From the NCBI GenBank assembly GCA_964573345.1, contig CAZNJP010000002.1:9916-41915 (forward strand): a stretch of DNA of 32,000 bases, given 5' to 3'. The notes under the pieces are model-generated. The model saw only the letters and a program-made list of their open reading frames with translations, made no database searches and was not told where the DNA came from. Made by a program: the position numbers and the translations under genes. Shown here piece after piece: positions 1 through 8,685 of the stretch. Origin of the DNA: an uncultured Syntrophobacter sp. (GTDB taxonomy: Bacteria > Desulfobacterota > Desulfofervidia > Desulfofervidales > DG-60). Numbering within the stretch: position 1 is the first letter of the stretch; each line of letters opens with the position of its first letter.

Positions 1-932
1 AAAAAGAGTTGGTTTGTGGTAAATCTGGAAATATCTCCTTAAGAGTGAATAATGACAAGATTCTTATTACTGCCCATGATGCCTATTTAGGGTTTTTAGA
101 AAAAGATGACATTTTATTGATAGATATAAATGGTAAAATTATAGAAGGAAAAAAAGGACCTACCTCTGAAAAAGCACTTCATCTGAAGATTCATAAGGAA
201 TTCCCTGAAAAAAAGGTAATAATTCATGCCCATTCCCCTTATACTGTGTATTTCTTTCACTTTTTCCAAACCCTTGAACCTGTAAGTTTTGAGGAAAGGT
301 TTTATTTGGGAAGGCTAAGAGCTATTCCACAATACACACCTACGGTGATAGATGTAGTACCAGTAACAGATGCCTTAAAGACCAGTAATATTGTGGTGTT
401 AAAAGATCATGGAGTAGTGGCTATTGGAGAAGATTTTAAATCCACCTTTTCATTGATTGAGCTTCTAGAGACACAGGCAAGGCTAAATCTGCTTGCTCAT
501 TCTATAATGCCAAGGCCAGAAATCGGTTTTATACAAAAAGAAATCTTGAAGAAATATAAGCTCTTTTCTAAAGAGCATATGTCTTGTTTAGTTGATTTGG
601 TGAATAGCGACGAAGTTGCTCAATCCTTAGGAGAGAAATTTAATCTTACTACCATCCTGGGCATAAAAGAAACAGGCGGAAAAGAAGTATTTTGTTTTCA
701 TTATGACCATGGAAAGATTATAAAACTTACCAAAAATAAAGAAGAAAATGCAGAATTTATCATTTCTGGAAAAAGGGATGTATGGAGTAAAATCTTTAAT
801 AGAGAAATTGACCCATTTGTGGCTTCAACCCAGGGAAAGATAAAAATAAAAGGCGATTTTAATAAGCTTTCTCAGTGGTTTCCTGTGTTTGAAAGGACTT
901 TTAAGCTCTGGGGAGAAATTTCTGTGGAGTGA
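1..932 (+). CDS. Class II aldolase/adducin-domain protein with C-terminal SCP2-like lipid-binding domain (5' end outside window)
   Basis: ORF 9..932 remains open upstream to base 3 (KELVCGKSGNISLR), so the N-terminus is cut by the window edge. GKSGNISLR and IIHAHSPY fit class II aldolase (FucA/MtnB-type) motifs. The C-terminal ~100 aa (FIISGKRDVWSKIF...QGKIKIKGDFNKLSQW) resemble the SCP2 sterol-carrier fold. Confidence 0.7.
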   Translation, partial: KELVCGKSGNISLRVNNDKILITAHDAYLGFLEKDDILLIDINGKIIEGKKGPTSEKALHLKIHKEFPEKKVIIHAHSPYTVYFFHFFQTLEPVSFEERFYLGRLRAIPQYTPTVIDVVPVTDALKTSNIVVLKDHGVVAIGEDFKSTFSLIELLETQARLNLLAHSIMPRPEIGFIQKEILKKYKLFSKEHMSCLVDLVNSDEVAQSLGEKFNLTTILGIKETGGKEVFCFHYDHGKIIKLTKNKEENAEFIISGKRDVWSKIFNREIDPFVASTQGKIKIKGDFNKLSQWFPVFERTFKLWGEISVE

Positions 933-936
933 GAAT

Positions 937-2361
937 ATGAAAGCATATCAGATGTATATTGGAGGTGAATTCAGGGATAGGGAACAAAAAATCATGGTAG
1001 AAAATCCAGCTACTGAAGAGGTATTTGCTCAGATACCTCAAGCTAATAAAGAAGATTTAGGATTTTGCCTGAAAAAGGCCAAATTGGCTCAGAAAGAATG
1101 GGGAAATACACCATTTAAACAAAGAAAGGGATTATTGTCAGGTATTTCTAAGGTTATTCTTGAAAATTTAAGAACCTTAGCAGATTTAGAGACAAATGAG
1201 ATAGGGAAACCTATAAAAGAGACACTTCTTGTTGACATTCCCTTATCAGCCCAGTGTTTTGAGTATTATGCCTCATTAGTTGACACTATTCACTCACCTA
1301 TCTCTGTTAATCAAGATACTATAGATATTGTTCAATATGTGCCATTTGGCAGTGCCGGGGTGTTTCTACCTTATAATACACCCTTAATGATATTTGGTTT
1401 TAGTTGTGCCGCGGCCTTGGCAGCAGGAAATGCTGTAATTATAAAGCCTTCAGAATATGGGAGTTTATCTTTGTTAGAAGTGGCAAAATACCTAAATGAA
1501 CTGGATTTTCCAAAAGGACTAATTAATGTCATTACTGGGGAAGGTTCTGTCATTGGAAAGGCATTGGCCTCATCAGATATAGATATCATTTCTTATACTG
1601 GTTCAAGTACTCATTTTAAAAAGATGTTTAAGGAGATGAAACCAAAAAAGGTAATCTGTGAATTGGGTGGAGCCAATCTGGCCATTGTATTTTCTGATGC
1701 AGACTTGGAAGAGGCAACAGAAAATATCATAGCCTCATCTTTTATGAAACAAGGTCAAATGTGTATTGGTACAAGTATAGCTCTAATCGAAGAAGGTATT
1801 TATGAAAATTTTTTAGAAACACTGATAAAAAAGACAGAAAAAATAAAGGTAGGAGACCCTACATCGGCTTTAACTGGTATGGGGCCATTGAGATCAAAAT
1901 TGCATTTAGATGGACTTATAAATAAAATTGAAGGGTTAAAAGCAGAAGGTGCAAGAATTCTTATAGGAGGAGAGAAAATAGATACTAGGGGTTATTTTTA
2001 TGCCCCTACTATTATAGAGGTTAAAAAACTAGTTTATGAGGAGTTCTTTTCTCCAGTATTGTTAGTAAAGGCATTCAAGAAAGAAGAAATAGAAGACTTA
2101 ATATCAGATAACCCTACAGGATTGGCATTACAGATTTGGTCAAAAGACATAAAAAAGGCAAAAAAAATAGCCTTAAGTGTCCATTGTGGAGCGGTATGGA
2201 TAAATACATTTGCCCAGATGGATGCCTCAATACCATTTGGTGGATTTAAAAGGAGTGGCTGGGGGCGTGAATTAGGAAAATGGGGCCTATTTGAATACCT
2301 TCAGCCAAAGCATATAGGAATTTCTTTTAAGAAAAGCCCAGTTTCAGGCTGGTTTGGGTGA
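937..2361 (+). CDS. NAD(P)+-dependent aldehyde dehydrogenase family protein
   Basis: ORF 889..2361. Start placed at ATG 937 (GGAG 926-929, 5 nt after the upstream stop). ALDH hallmarks are VICELGGAN (catalytic Glu region) and KQGQMCIGTS (catalytic Cys), at full ALDH length. Confidence 0.9.
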   Translation: MKAYQMYIGGEFRDREQKIMVENPATEEVFAQIPQANKEDLGFCLKKAKLAQKEWGNTPFKQRKGLLSGISKVILENLRTLADLETNEIGKPIKETLLVDIPLSAQCFEYYASLVDTIHSPISVNQDTIDIVQYVPFGSAGVFLPYNTPLMIFGFSCAAALAAGNAVIIKPSEYGSLSLLEVAKYLNELDFPKGLINVITGEGSVIGKALASSDIDIISYTGSSTHFKKMFKEMKPKKVICELGGANLAIVFSDADLEEATENIIASSFMKQGQMCIGTSIALIEEGIYENFLETLIKKTEKIKVGDPTSALTGMGPLRSKLHLDGLINKIEGLKAEGARILIGGEKIDTRGYFYAPTIIEVKKLVYEEFFSPVLLVKAFKKEEIEDLISDNPTGLALQIWSKDIKKAKKIALSVHCGAVWINTFAQMDASIPFGGFKRSGWGRELGKWGLFEYLQPKHIGISFKKSPVSGWFG

Positions 2362-2429
2362 TTTATAAGAGGAAAAAGAACAAAAAACTCGTACTATAAA
2401 CCATAGGTTTACGCAGATAAATGTAATTA

Positions 2430-2452
2430 TTCACCGCAGAGTGCGCAGAGAG
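2430..2452 (+). repeat. Copy of the ttcaccRcaRag REP-like family (family A)
   Basis: aattattcaccgcagagtgcgcagagag resembles aataattcaccgcaaagagcgctgag at 21141 and both arms of the palindrome at 20454-20518. Confidence 0.6.
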
Positions 2453-2476
2453 TCAGGAAAATTATTAACGCTCAAG

Positions 2477-2514
2477 GCTCTAAACTCAAAGCTCTAGAGT
2501 TTTGAGTTTAGAGC
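2477..2514. repeat. 38-nt near-perfect palindrome
   Basis: gctctaaactcaaa g ctctagag t tttgagtttagagc. The 14-nt arms are exact reverse complements and the centre ctctagag is itself palindromic. Confidence 0.7.
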
Positions 2515-2543
2515 TAAACAATAACACTTTCTCTGTACCCTCC

Positions 2544-2643
2544 CCGCCTGCTAACGCCTGAGCGTAGCGACCCGCCCGCCTCGCAAGCGAGCTTGCTCGC
2601 GTTGCGGGCAGGTGGCGGGCAGGTGCGGTAATATCTTTTTTTT
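2544..2643 (+). terminator. GC-rich compound hairpin followed by T8: probable intrinsic terminator of the aldolase/ALDH unit (GC-rich palindrome family B)
   Basis: cccgcctgcta...cccgcccgcctcgcaagcgagcttgctcgcgttgcgggcaggtggcgggcaggtgcgg has nested complementary arms (cgcaagcgag/ctcgcgttgcg; cccgcc/ggcggg; ccgcctgc/gcaggtgcgg). It is followed by taatatc + tttttttt (about 2636-2643). It stands out in otherwise AT-rich DNA. Confidence 0.45.
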
Positions 2644-2742
2644 CAATCCAAGACTTTGACACGGTCCTGGATTACACCATTTTATGCTTGATATTTTTTT
2701 AGAATTATATTAAAAGTTTTGTTAAAATTTTACTATTAAAAA

Positions 2743-5064
2743 ATGAGGACTGAAAAGCTAGCTAGTTTTATAGTAAGGCATAAATATCTATTTTTAATCC
2801 TACCTATTATATTGAGTATTGCCTCTTTTTATTTCATTAAGGATATAAAGATTGTCACTAGAAGCACAGATTTTATGCCTACAAGGCATCCATTTGTTGA
2901 GGTTCAAGGAGAATTAAATAAACACTTTGGGGGTCTGAATCGAGTAAATATTGCCATTGAGGTAAATAAAGGTAATATTTTAAATCCTGTTACCTTAGAA
3001 AAGCTCTATGGAATATTTGATGAGCTTTCTTATCTAGATGAGATAAATCCAAGGCGTATCCTTTGCCTTTTCTCTCGGCAGATAAAGCATATTGAAATAC
3101 ATAAAGAAGGTTTTGATGTCAGGAGGCTTTTAAGGGATATCCCCGAGACCAAAGAAGGGTGGCGGGCATTAAGAAAAAAAATTTTAAGAAATCCCTTAGT
3201 TTATGGCCCACTTGTCTCAAAGGACTTTAAGGCCACTTTAATCCAGGCAGGATTTAAAGAAGAAGTCCCTTCTAAGATCATCTATGAAAAAGTAAATGAA
3301 ATCATCAGAAAATATAAAGACAAAAATCATCATATTTATGTAAGTGGACGTCCTACATTAGAAGGTTATATCGAAACCCATTCACATTTTATCCTTTATA
3401 TATTTGCTATTAGCTTAATTATCACTTTTCTTTTATTATTTCTGGCCTTCAACAAAAACAAAAGGGCCATTATCTTACCATTTTTTTCAGGCATTATGTC
3501 TGTTCTCATAGGTCTTTCTATTCTTAGGATTTTAAATTATCCCATAAATCCATTTACTATCCTCATCCCATTTATGGTCTTTATTGTTACCCTTAATCAC
3601 TCTGTTCAGTTTATGCAAAGATACTTTGAAGCCAGCAAAAAATATAGCAATAAAGAAGAAGTTTCTAAAGAGGTATTAGTTGGTTTATTAAATCCTGTAA
3701 GGGCCTCAATTTTTACAGATTTTTTGGGATTTGCCTCTCTTTTTCTTATTCCTATACCATCTATAAGAGGCATTGCTATTTTAGGGGGATTTGGCATATT
3801 AAGCCTCTTTTTGACTTTAGTAGGATTTATGCCAGCTTGTTTTGCTATTTTCCCGCTTCCTAAATTTAAAAAGGATAAAGAAAATATAGGATTTGCTTAT
3901 AGATTTTTGGAAAAATTAGCTGGTATTTATACAAAAAAGAGAAATATTGCTATCATTATGTGTTCTTTTATAGCTGTTTCAATCCTTTCACTTTATGGGA
4001 TTAAGCACATTACAGTGGGTGAAACAGAGCCAGGTACTTCTATTCTTTATAGAGATGCCCCTTACAATATAGCAGAAAGAAAGATCAATCATTATTTTTC
4101 TGGTTCAAATCCCTATTATATATTGGTAAAAGGAAAGAAAGAAAATGCCTTAGTAAGGGCAGATGTAATGAAGGAGATGGATGGGCTTGAGACTTATCTG
4201 AGAGAAAATTCCCCTGCTGCAGGATATGGCCTTTCTTTGGCTGATTATATGAAATTAATGAACTTGGTAATGTTTGGAGGAGATAAAAGTCATTTCTACA
4301 TTCCAGATAATGATAAAGCCATAGGTGAATATCTATTTCTCTATGAAAACAATGCATTTCCAGGGACATTTTCTGGCCTTTTTGATTATTCCCATAAATA
4401 TGCCAATATCCGTTTAGACCTAAAAGACTGTAAAGGGAGCACTATAAAAGAAATTATTTCAGAGACAAAAGATTGGATAAAAGAACACCATAAGACAAAA
4501 TGGGTAGATTTTGAATTTGCAGGTGGGCCAATTGGCATTTTAGGTGCCACCAATGACATTATGAAAGAAGGTCTGTTATTAAATATGGCTGTTCTTTCCA
4601 TACTTATTATTCTTCGTGTCTGCCTTGCATTACGTTCCATAGTTGGAGGGCTTTTGCTTTTTATTCCTCTGCTTTTTAGCATTATCTTAACCTTTGGTAG
4701 CTTTGGTATCTTAAATATCCCATTTACTCTATCTACCCTGCCTGTAGCTGCCATGGGAGCCGGGCTTGGCATTGATTATAGTATCTATTTGGCCTCAAGA
4801 GTCAAAGAAGAAACAAAAAGACAAAAATCTTTAGATAAGGCTATATTTTGTGCAGTGACTACCTGTGGTATGGCAGTATTATTTGTTGGCACTATACTCT
4901 CTATTGGTAGCTTTTCTTGGATATTTTCTAATCTAAAACTTCAGGCAAAGTTAGGAGGTGTCTTTGCATATTTAAAATTTTTAAACATGCTTTCTGCCTT
5001 AATCCTTTTGCCTACATTTTTACTTTTAATAAAACCAAAATTTTTGTTTAAGGAGGGAAAATGA
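2743..5064 (+). CDS. MMPL/RND-superfamily exporter (HpnN-like architecture)
   Basis: 773 aa. The order is TM1, a ~190-aa soluble loop, a TM cluster (aa ~205-375), a TM, a second ~190-aa loop, and a second TM cluster (aa ~610-765). This is the pseudo-twofold MMPL/RND layout. The stop overlaps the next start (ATGA 5061-5064). Confidence 0.85.
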   Translation: MRTEKLASFIVRHKYLFLILPIILSIASFYFIKDIKIVTRSTDFMPTRHPFVEVQGELNKHFGGLNRVNIAIEVNKGNILNPVTLEKLYGIFDELSYLDEINPRRILCLFSRQIKHIEIHKEGFDVRRLLRDIPETKEGWRALRKKILRNPLVYGPLVSKDFKATLIQAGFKEEVPSKIIYEKVNEIIRKYKDKNHHIYVSGRPTLEGYIETHSHFILYIFAISLIITFLLLFLAFNKNKRAIILPFFSGIMSVLIGLSILRILNYPINPFTILIPFMVFIVTLNHSVQFMQRYFEASKKYSNKEEVSKEVLVGLLNPVRASIFTDFLGFASLFLIPIPSIRGIAILGGFGILSLFLTLVGFMPACFAIFPLPKFKKDKENIGFAYRFLEKLAGIYTKKRNIAIIMCSFIAVSILSLYGIKHITVGETEPGTSILYRDAPYNIAERKINHYFSGSNPYYILVKGKKENALVRADVMKEMDGLETYLRENSPAAGYGLSLADYMKLMNLVMFGGDKSHFYIPDNDKAIGEYLFLYENNAFPGTFSGLFDYSHKYANIRLDLKDCKGSTIKEIISETKDWIKEHHKTKWVDFEFAGGPIGILGATNDIMKEGLLLNMAVLSILIILRVCLALRSIVGGLLLFIPLLFSIILTFGSFGILNIPFTLSTLPVAAMGAGLGIDYSIYLASRVKEETKRQKSLDKAIFCAVTTCGMAVLFVGTILSIGSFSWIFSNLKLQAKLGGVFAYLKFLNMLSALILLPTFLLLIKPKFLFKEGK

Positions 5065-5939
5065 AAAAGATTTTATCTGTAATGGCTATTTTACTTTTAT
5101 TGGCTAGCTTCTGTTGGGCTGAAACTATTTGTCATCCACCAAAGATACCTGAAAAACCTACTGCTGATGAATTAATGAAGGCCTGTTTTGATATAAAGTT
5201 TACCAGATATGCTGATGATGCATACTATCCACATGTTGAAACTGTCTTCATAGATAAATCAGGTTTTAAGAGACACAAAAAGGCAGTAAGAAAGAGGATT
5301 GTCTTGCATGGAGAAAGAGGGCTTGATTATAAGGATGTGATTTGGCTTACCTATCCTGAATATACAAAGGGATTAGCAGTCCTTACCTGGGCCTATATGG
5401 ATGTAAATAAGGAAAATGATATCTGGATCTGGCTGCCTGCCTGGAAAAAGATAAGGAAGGTTTCTCAGACAGAAGAGGATGATTCATTTATGGGAAGTGA
5501 ATTTACAGTAGAAGAGATTACTACCAGAAGATATGGCTATGAAACATATAAACTTATAGGTGAAGATGTATTTTCTGGCTATAAAAGTGGACTGGATGGA
5601 AAGACCTATTGTAAAGGGGTTCCTTGTTACAAAGTGGAGTGCTATCCCAAAAAGAAGCGCTGGTATTATGAAAAAAGGATTGTGTGGATAGATAAAAAGA
5701 CAGGGGCATCTGTTTATGAGGAATATTATGACAAAAAAGGTAGAAAATATAAGGAAATCTTTCGCACTTATGTTTATCCAGAAAATGGCTGCTACTATCC
5801 CATTTTTTATGAGGTCTATAACTTCAGGACAGGCCATAGGGATATTATTGTAATAGGTGGTAAAGCCGAACCTACCTTTAATATGGGTATAAGTGAGAGG
5901 TTCTTTACAGAAAAGACATTAGAAAGGCAAGAATGGTAA
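5061..5939 (+). CDS. LolA-like outer-membrane lipoprotein-sorting protein (DUF1329/PF17131-type), paralog 1
   Basis: Signal peptide MKKILSVMAILLLLASFCWA. The block DIWIWLPAWKKIRKVSQTEEDDSFMGSEFTVEEI matches the W.YLP...RRI...F.GSDF.YED signature of LolA-like proteins that accompany MMPL exporters. Confidence 0.75.
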   Translation: MKKILSVMAILLLLASFCWAETICHPPKIPEKPTADELMKACFDIKFTRYADDAYYPHVETVFIDKSGFKRHKKAVRKRIVLHGERGLDYKDVIWLTYPEYTKGLAVLTWAYMDVNKENDIWIWLPAWKKIRKVSQTEEDDSFMGSEFTVEEITTRRYGYETYKLIGEDVFSGYKSGLDGKTYCKGVPCYKVECYPKKKRWYYEKRIVWIDKKTGASVYEEYYDKKGRKYKEIFRTYVYPENGCYYPIFYEVYNFRTGHRDIIVIGGKAEPTFNMGISERFFTEKTLERQEW

Positions 5940-6011
5940 AAAACACAGGTCAGTGGATCAGTGTGTCAGTTGATCAGTTAACTGACTAACTGATCTGAGG
6001 AGTAAGAAGTT

Positions 6012-6896
6012 ATGATGAAGAGAATTTTATTTGTAACAACCGTCTTAGTTTTATTTTTTATAAGCTTCTGTTGGGCTGAAACTATTTGTCATCCACCTAA
6101 GATATCTGAAAAACCCACTGCAGATGAACTTATGAAGGCATGGTTTGATATTAAGTTCACCAGATATGCAGATGATGTGACATATCCATACATACCTCTG
6201 TTAATGATAGACAAATCAGGCTTTAAAAGAAAAAAGGTAGCTGCAAGAAAAAGGATTGTCTTACATGGAGAAAGGGGACTTGATTATAAGGATGTGATTT
6301 CAATCACATATCCTGAATACACAAAAGGTCTAGCCATACTTACCTGGGCCTATATAGATGTAAACAAAGAAAATGATATCTGGCTCTGGCTCCCTGCCTG
6401 GAAAAAGATAAGGAAGGTCTCCCAGGCAGAAGAGGATGATTCATTTATGGGAAGTGAATTTACAGTAGAAGAAATTACCACCAGAAGATATGGCTATGAA
6501 ACCTATAAACTTATAGGAGAAGGTATATTTCCTGGCTATAAAAGTGGGGGGGATGGGAAGACCTATTGTGAAGGGGTTCCTTGTTACAAAGTGGAGTGCT
6601 ATTCCAAAAAGAAGCCCTGGTATTATGAAAAAAGGATTATCTGGATAGACAAAAATACAGGGGTTTCTGTCTATGAAGAGTATTATGATAAAAAAGGTAA
6701 AAGATTCAAAGAAATCTTCCATTATTATGTCTATCCAGAAAATGGCTGCTACTATCCCATTTTTTATGAGGTCTATAACTTCAGGACAGGCCATAGGGAT
6801 ATTATTGTAATAGGTGGTAAAGCCGAACCTACCTTTAATATGGGTATAAGTGAGAGGTTCTTTACAGAAAAGACATTAGAAAGGCAAGAATGGTAA
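6012..6896 (+). CDS. LolA-like outer-membrane lipoprotein-sorting protein, paralog 2 (tandem duplicate)
   Basis: 294 aa, identical to the 5061..5939 product at most positions by eye. The last 167 nt are nucleotide-identical to paralog 1. Confidence 0.75.
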   Translation: MMKRILFVTTVLVLFFISFCWAETICHPPKISEKPTADELMKAWFDIKFTRYADDVTYPYIPLLMIDKSGFKRKKVAARKRIVLHGERGLDYKDVISITYPEYTKGLAILTWAYIDVNKENDIWLWLPAWKKIRKVSQAEEDDSFMGSEFTVEEITTRRYGYETYKLIGEGIFPGYKSGGDGKTYCEGVPCYKVECYSKKKPWYYEKRIIWIDKNTGVSVYEEYYDKKGKRFKEIFHYYVYPENGCYYPIFYEVYNFRTGHRDIIVIGGKAEPTFNMGISERFFTEKTLERQEW

Positions 6897-7007
6897 AAGG
6901 CATAGGTAAAGGTAAACGATACACGATACAAGATATAAAAATGACAAATGACAAAGCTCAAATGCCAAATGAAGCCCAGAATTCAAAGTAAAAAGTAAAA
7001 GGGCTAG

Positions 7008-7070
7008 GGTTACGAAGCCCGTATCGAAGCCCGTCAGACGTAAAACGATACGGGCATCGTTGCCGTAACC
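7008..7070 (+). repeat. ORF-less hairpin copy of the element that carries the four-helix-bundle gene at 8686-9188
   Basis: The left arm ggttacgaagcccgtatcgaagcccgt (7008-7034) is identical to 8686-8712. The right arm aaaacgatacgggcatcgttgccgtaacc (7042-7070) matches 9160-9188 at 25 of 29 positions. The arms pair as ggttacg/cgtaacc and gcccgtatcg/cgatacgggc. Confidence 0.75.
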
Positions 7071-7139
7071 AATTGACAAGAATTTTGGATTTCAATTGAG
7101 ATTTGGGATTTGAGATTTTTAAAAGGGAGGAGGGAAATT

Positions 7140-8663
7140 ATGAAAAAATGGGTAATTGTTTTGTTGGTGGTCTTTTTACCAAGTTTAGGTCAGGCAACTA
7201 TTTTTAAAAAGGGTCCAGTTACAGTAGAGGGTTATATTAAAAACGAAACTGGCGTTTATCCTGATTTTACAAAGTGGATCAAGATTATGAACATCGTTGA
7301 TTTAAGGGGACAGTATAAACCAAGACCATGGCTCTCATTCTATGGCCATCTCTATAAGTATTGGGACCATGCCTATAATCAGGAGGATGAATATGCACCT
7401 GCTCATCAGGCTATGTATACAAATAGAGAGACCTGGCAGGGAATCTCCTGGGTAAGGGAACTTTATGTAGACTTCTTCTCTGACTATTTGGATATCAGGG
7501 CAGGAAAACAAATGGTTACCTGGGGCACAGCGGATGGTATAAGGGTCTTAGATAAATATGTAAATCCATTGGACTGGCGAGAATTTAGCCTTAAACCTTG
7601 GAATGAGATAAAAATTCCCCTTTGGACATTAAAAATGGAATTTCAACCTACATTAAATGGCACATTTCAATTTTTATTGATACCAGACTTTGAGCCAGAC
7701 TATTGGCCAGCGGTAGGGGCACCTTTTGCTATTGGTACAAGTAAAGAAGGGGCTAAGATGATGGAGGATTTAAAGGATTTCAGCCGCACAGGTATCGCAG
7801 GGGTCCCCTTTGATTATCGAATAATCTCTAAAGAAGGAAGGCCTGGCGAAAAGTGGGGAAACTCAAAGTTTGGTGTAAGGTGGAGGGATATTTTAGGTAA
7901 CTTTGAATATACCTTAAATTATATTTATTCCTGGGAAACTGAATCGCCGGAAAGAATTACTATTGTGGATACAAGCACTATGGATCCACAAAAGCTTAGG
8001 CAACTTTGTATGCGTATGCATATGAGCCCTGGGGAGCTGCAAAATTTCTTACATTCAAATGGAATTGCTCCCCCTGGTAGCACTTTTCGTTTTACCCAGA
8101 AATATCACCGTATAAATGTCTGGGGAGGCACATTTTCAAAGACATTTGTAGGTCGCTATCCGGCTTTTATAAATTGGTTTTTTAAAGGTTTGACCTTAAG
8201 AGGTGAATTTGCCTATGTAAGAAATGATTATAGAGCTTATCGTACCAAGGATGGTAGATTTGGGTGGGCACCAACAGATTGTTACAACTATGTCATTGGT
8301 TTGGATAAATGGGTTGTTAGCAATTGGTTGGCTAGCTTTCAGTTCATTCAACTTATCAATTCAAAAAAGGATGTAAATGGACAAAAATTTGTATGGCCAT
8401 CAGCCGGGCCTATGGATAAAGTAGAGACCATATTGACGTTAAAAGTCTCTACAGATTTCTTTCATGAGAGGTTTAAACCCGATATCTTGATACTTTATGG
8501 AGATGATAATGATTGGAGAATAAGCCCCTCCTTTCCCTTTGAATGGGGAGACCATGTAACCACTACTTTAGGTGCACATATTTTAGAGGGGAAGGAAAGC
8601 GGCCTTCATGGTGAATTTAATGACAGTAAAGAAATATACTTTGAGGTGAAATATAGTTTTTAA
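7140..8663 (+). CDS. DUF1302-like outer-membrane beta-barrel protein
   Basis: ORF 7110..8663. Start moved to ATG 7140 (GGGAGGAGG upstream). Signal peptide MKKWVIVLLVVFLPSLGQA. The N-terminal VEGYIKNETGVY and the C-terminal ...YFEVKYSF (terminal Phe) fit an OM barrel. The genomic partners (LolA-like + MMPL) are typical of DUF1302. Confidence 0.6.
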   Translation: MKKWVIVLLVVFLPSLGQATIFKKGPVTVEGYIKNETGVYPDFTKWIKIMNIVDLRGQYKPRPWLSFYGHLYKYWDHAYNQEDEYAPAHQAMYTNRETWQGISWVRELYVDFFSDYLDIRAGKQMVTWGTADGIRVLDKYVNPLDWREFSLKPWNEIKIPLWTLKMEFQPTLNGTFQFLLIPDFEPDYWPAVGAPFAIGTSKEGAKMMEDLKDFSRTGIAGVPFDYRIISKEGRPGEKWGNSKFGVRWRDILGNFEYTLNYIYSWETESPERITIVDTSTMDPQKLRQLCMRMHMSPGELQNFLHSNGIAPPGSTFRFTQKYHRINVWGGTFSKTFVGRYPAFINWFFKGLTLRGEFAYVRNDYRAYRTKDGRFGWAPTDCYNYVIGLDKWVVSNWLASFQFIQLINSKKDVNGQKFVWPSAGPMDKVETILTLKVSTDFFHERFKPDILILYGDDNDWRISPSFPFEWGDHVTTTLGAHILEGKESGLHGEFNDSKEIYFEVKYSF

Positions 8664-8685
8664 TCCAAAGGGATAAAAAGGTTAA

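Noticed and set aside
2656-2684. TTGACA at 2656-2661 as the -35 of an MMPL promoter.
   Set aside because: The hexamer 17 nt downstream (atttta) is a poor -10, and alternative pairings have wrong spacing. A promoter probably exists in 2644-2742 but I cannot place it.
5484-5837. Antisense 117-aa ORFs inside both LolA-like genes (5484..5837 and 6441..6794). Also other minus-strand ORFs: 1371..1589, 3606..3797, 4085..4369, 4386..4772, 6773..7079, 10220..10626, 13827..14296, 16914..17351, 19247..20239, 21162..21374, 23737..23952, 24722..24940, 25127..25676, 25866..26108, 26648..26969, 27296..28144 and 29826..30014.
   Set aside because: All lie fully within or against well-supported plus-strand genes or repeats. 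They have low-complexity or hydrophobic compositions typical of antisense frames in AT-rich DNA, and no recognisable motifs or ribosome-binding sites. The duplicated pair simply mirrors the tandem gene duplication.
6897-7139. CRISPR array or minisatellite interpretation of the doubled-word spacers.
   Set aside because: The repeats are 6-14 nt, occur only twice each and are directly adjacent with no spacers. No 25-40-nt repeat recurs at regular intervals, and there are no cas genes.
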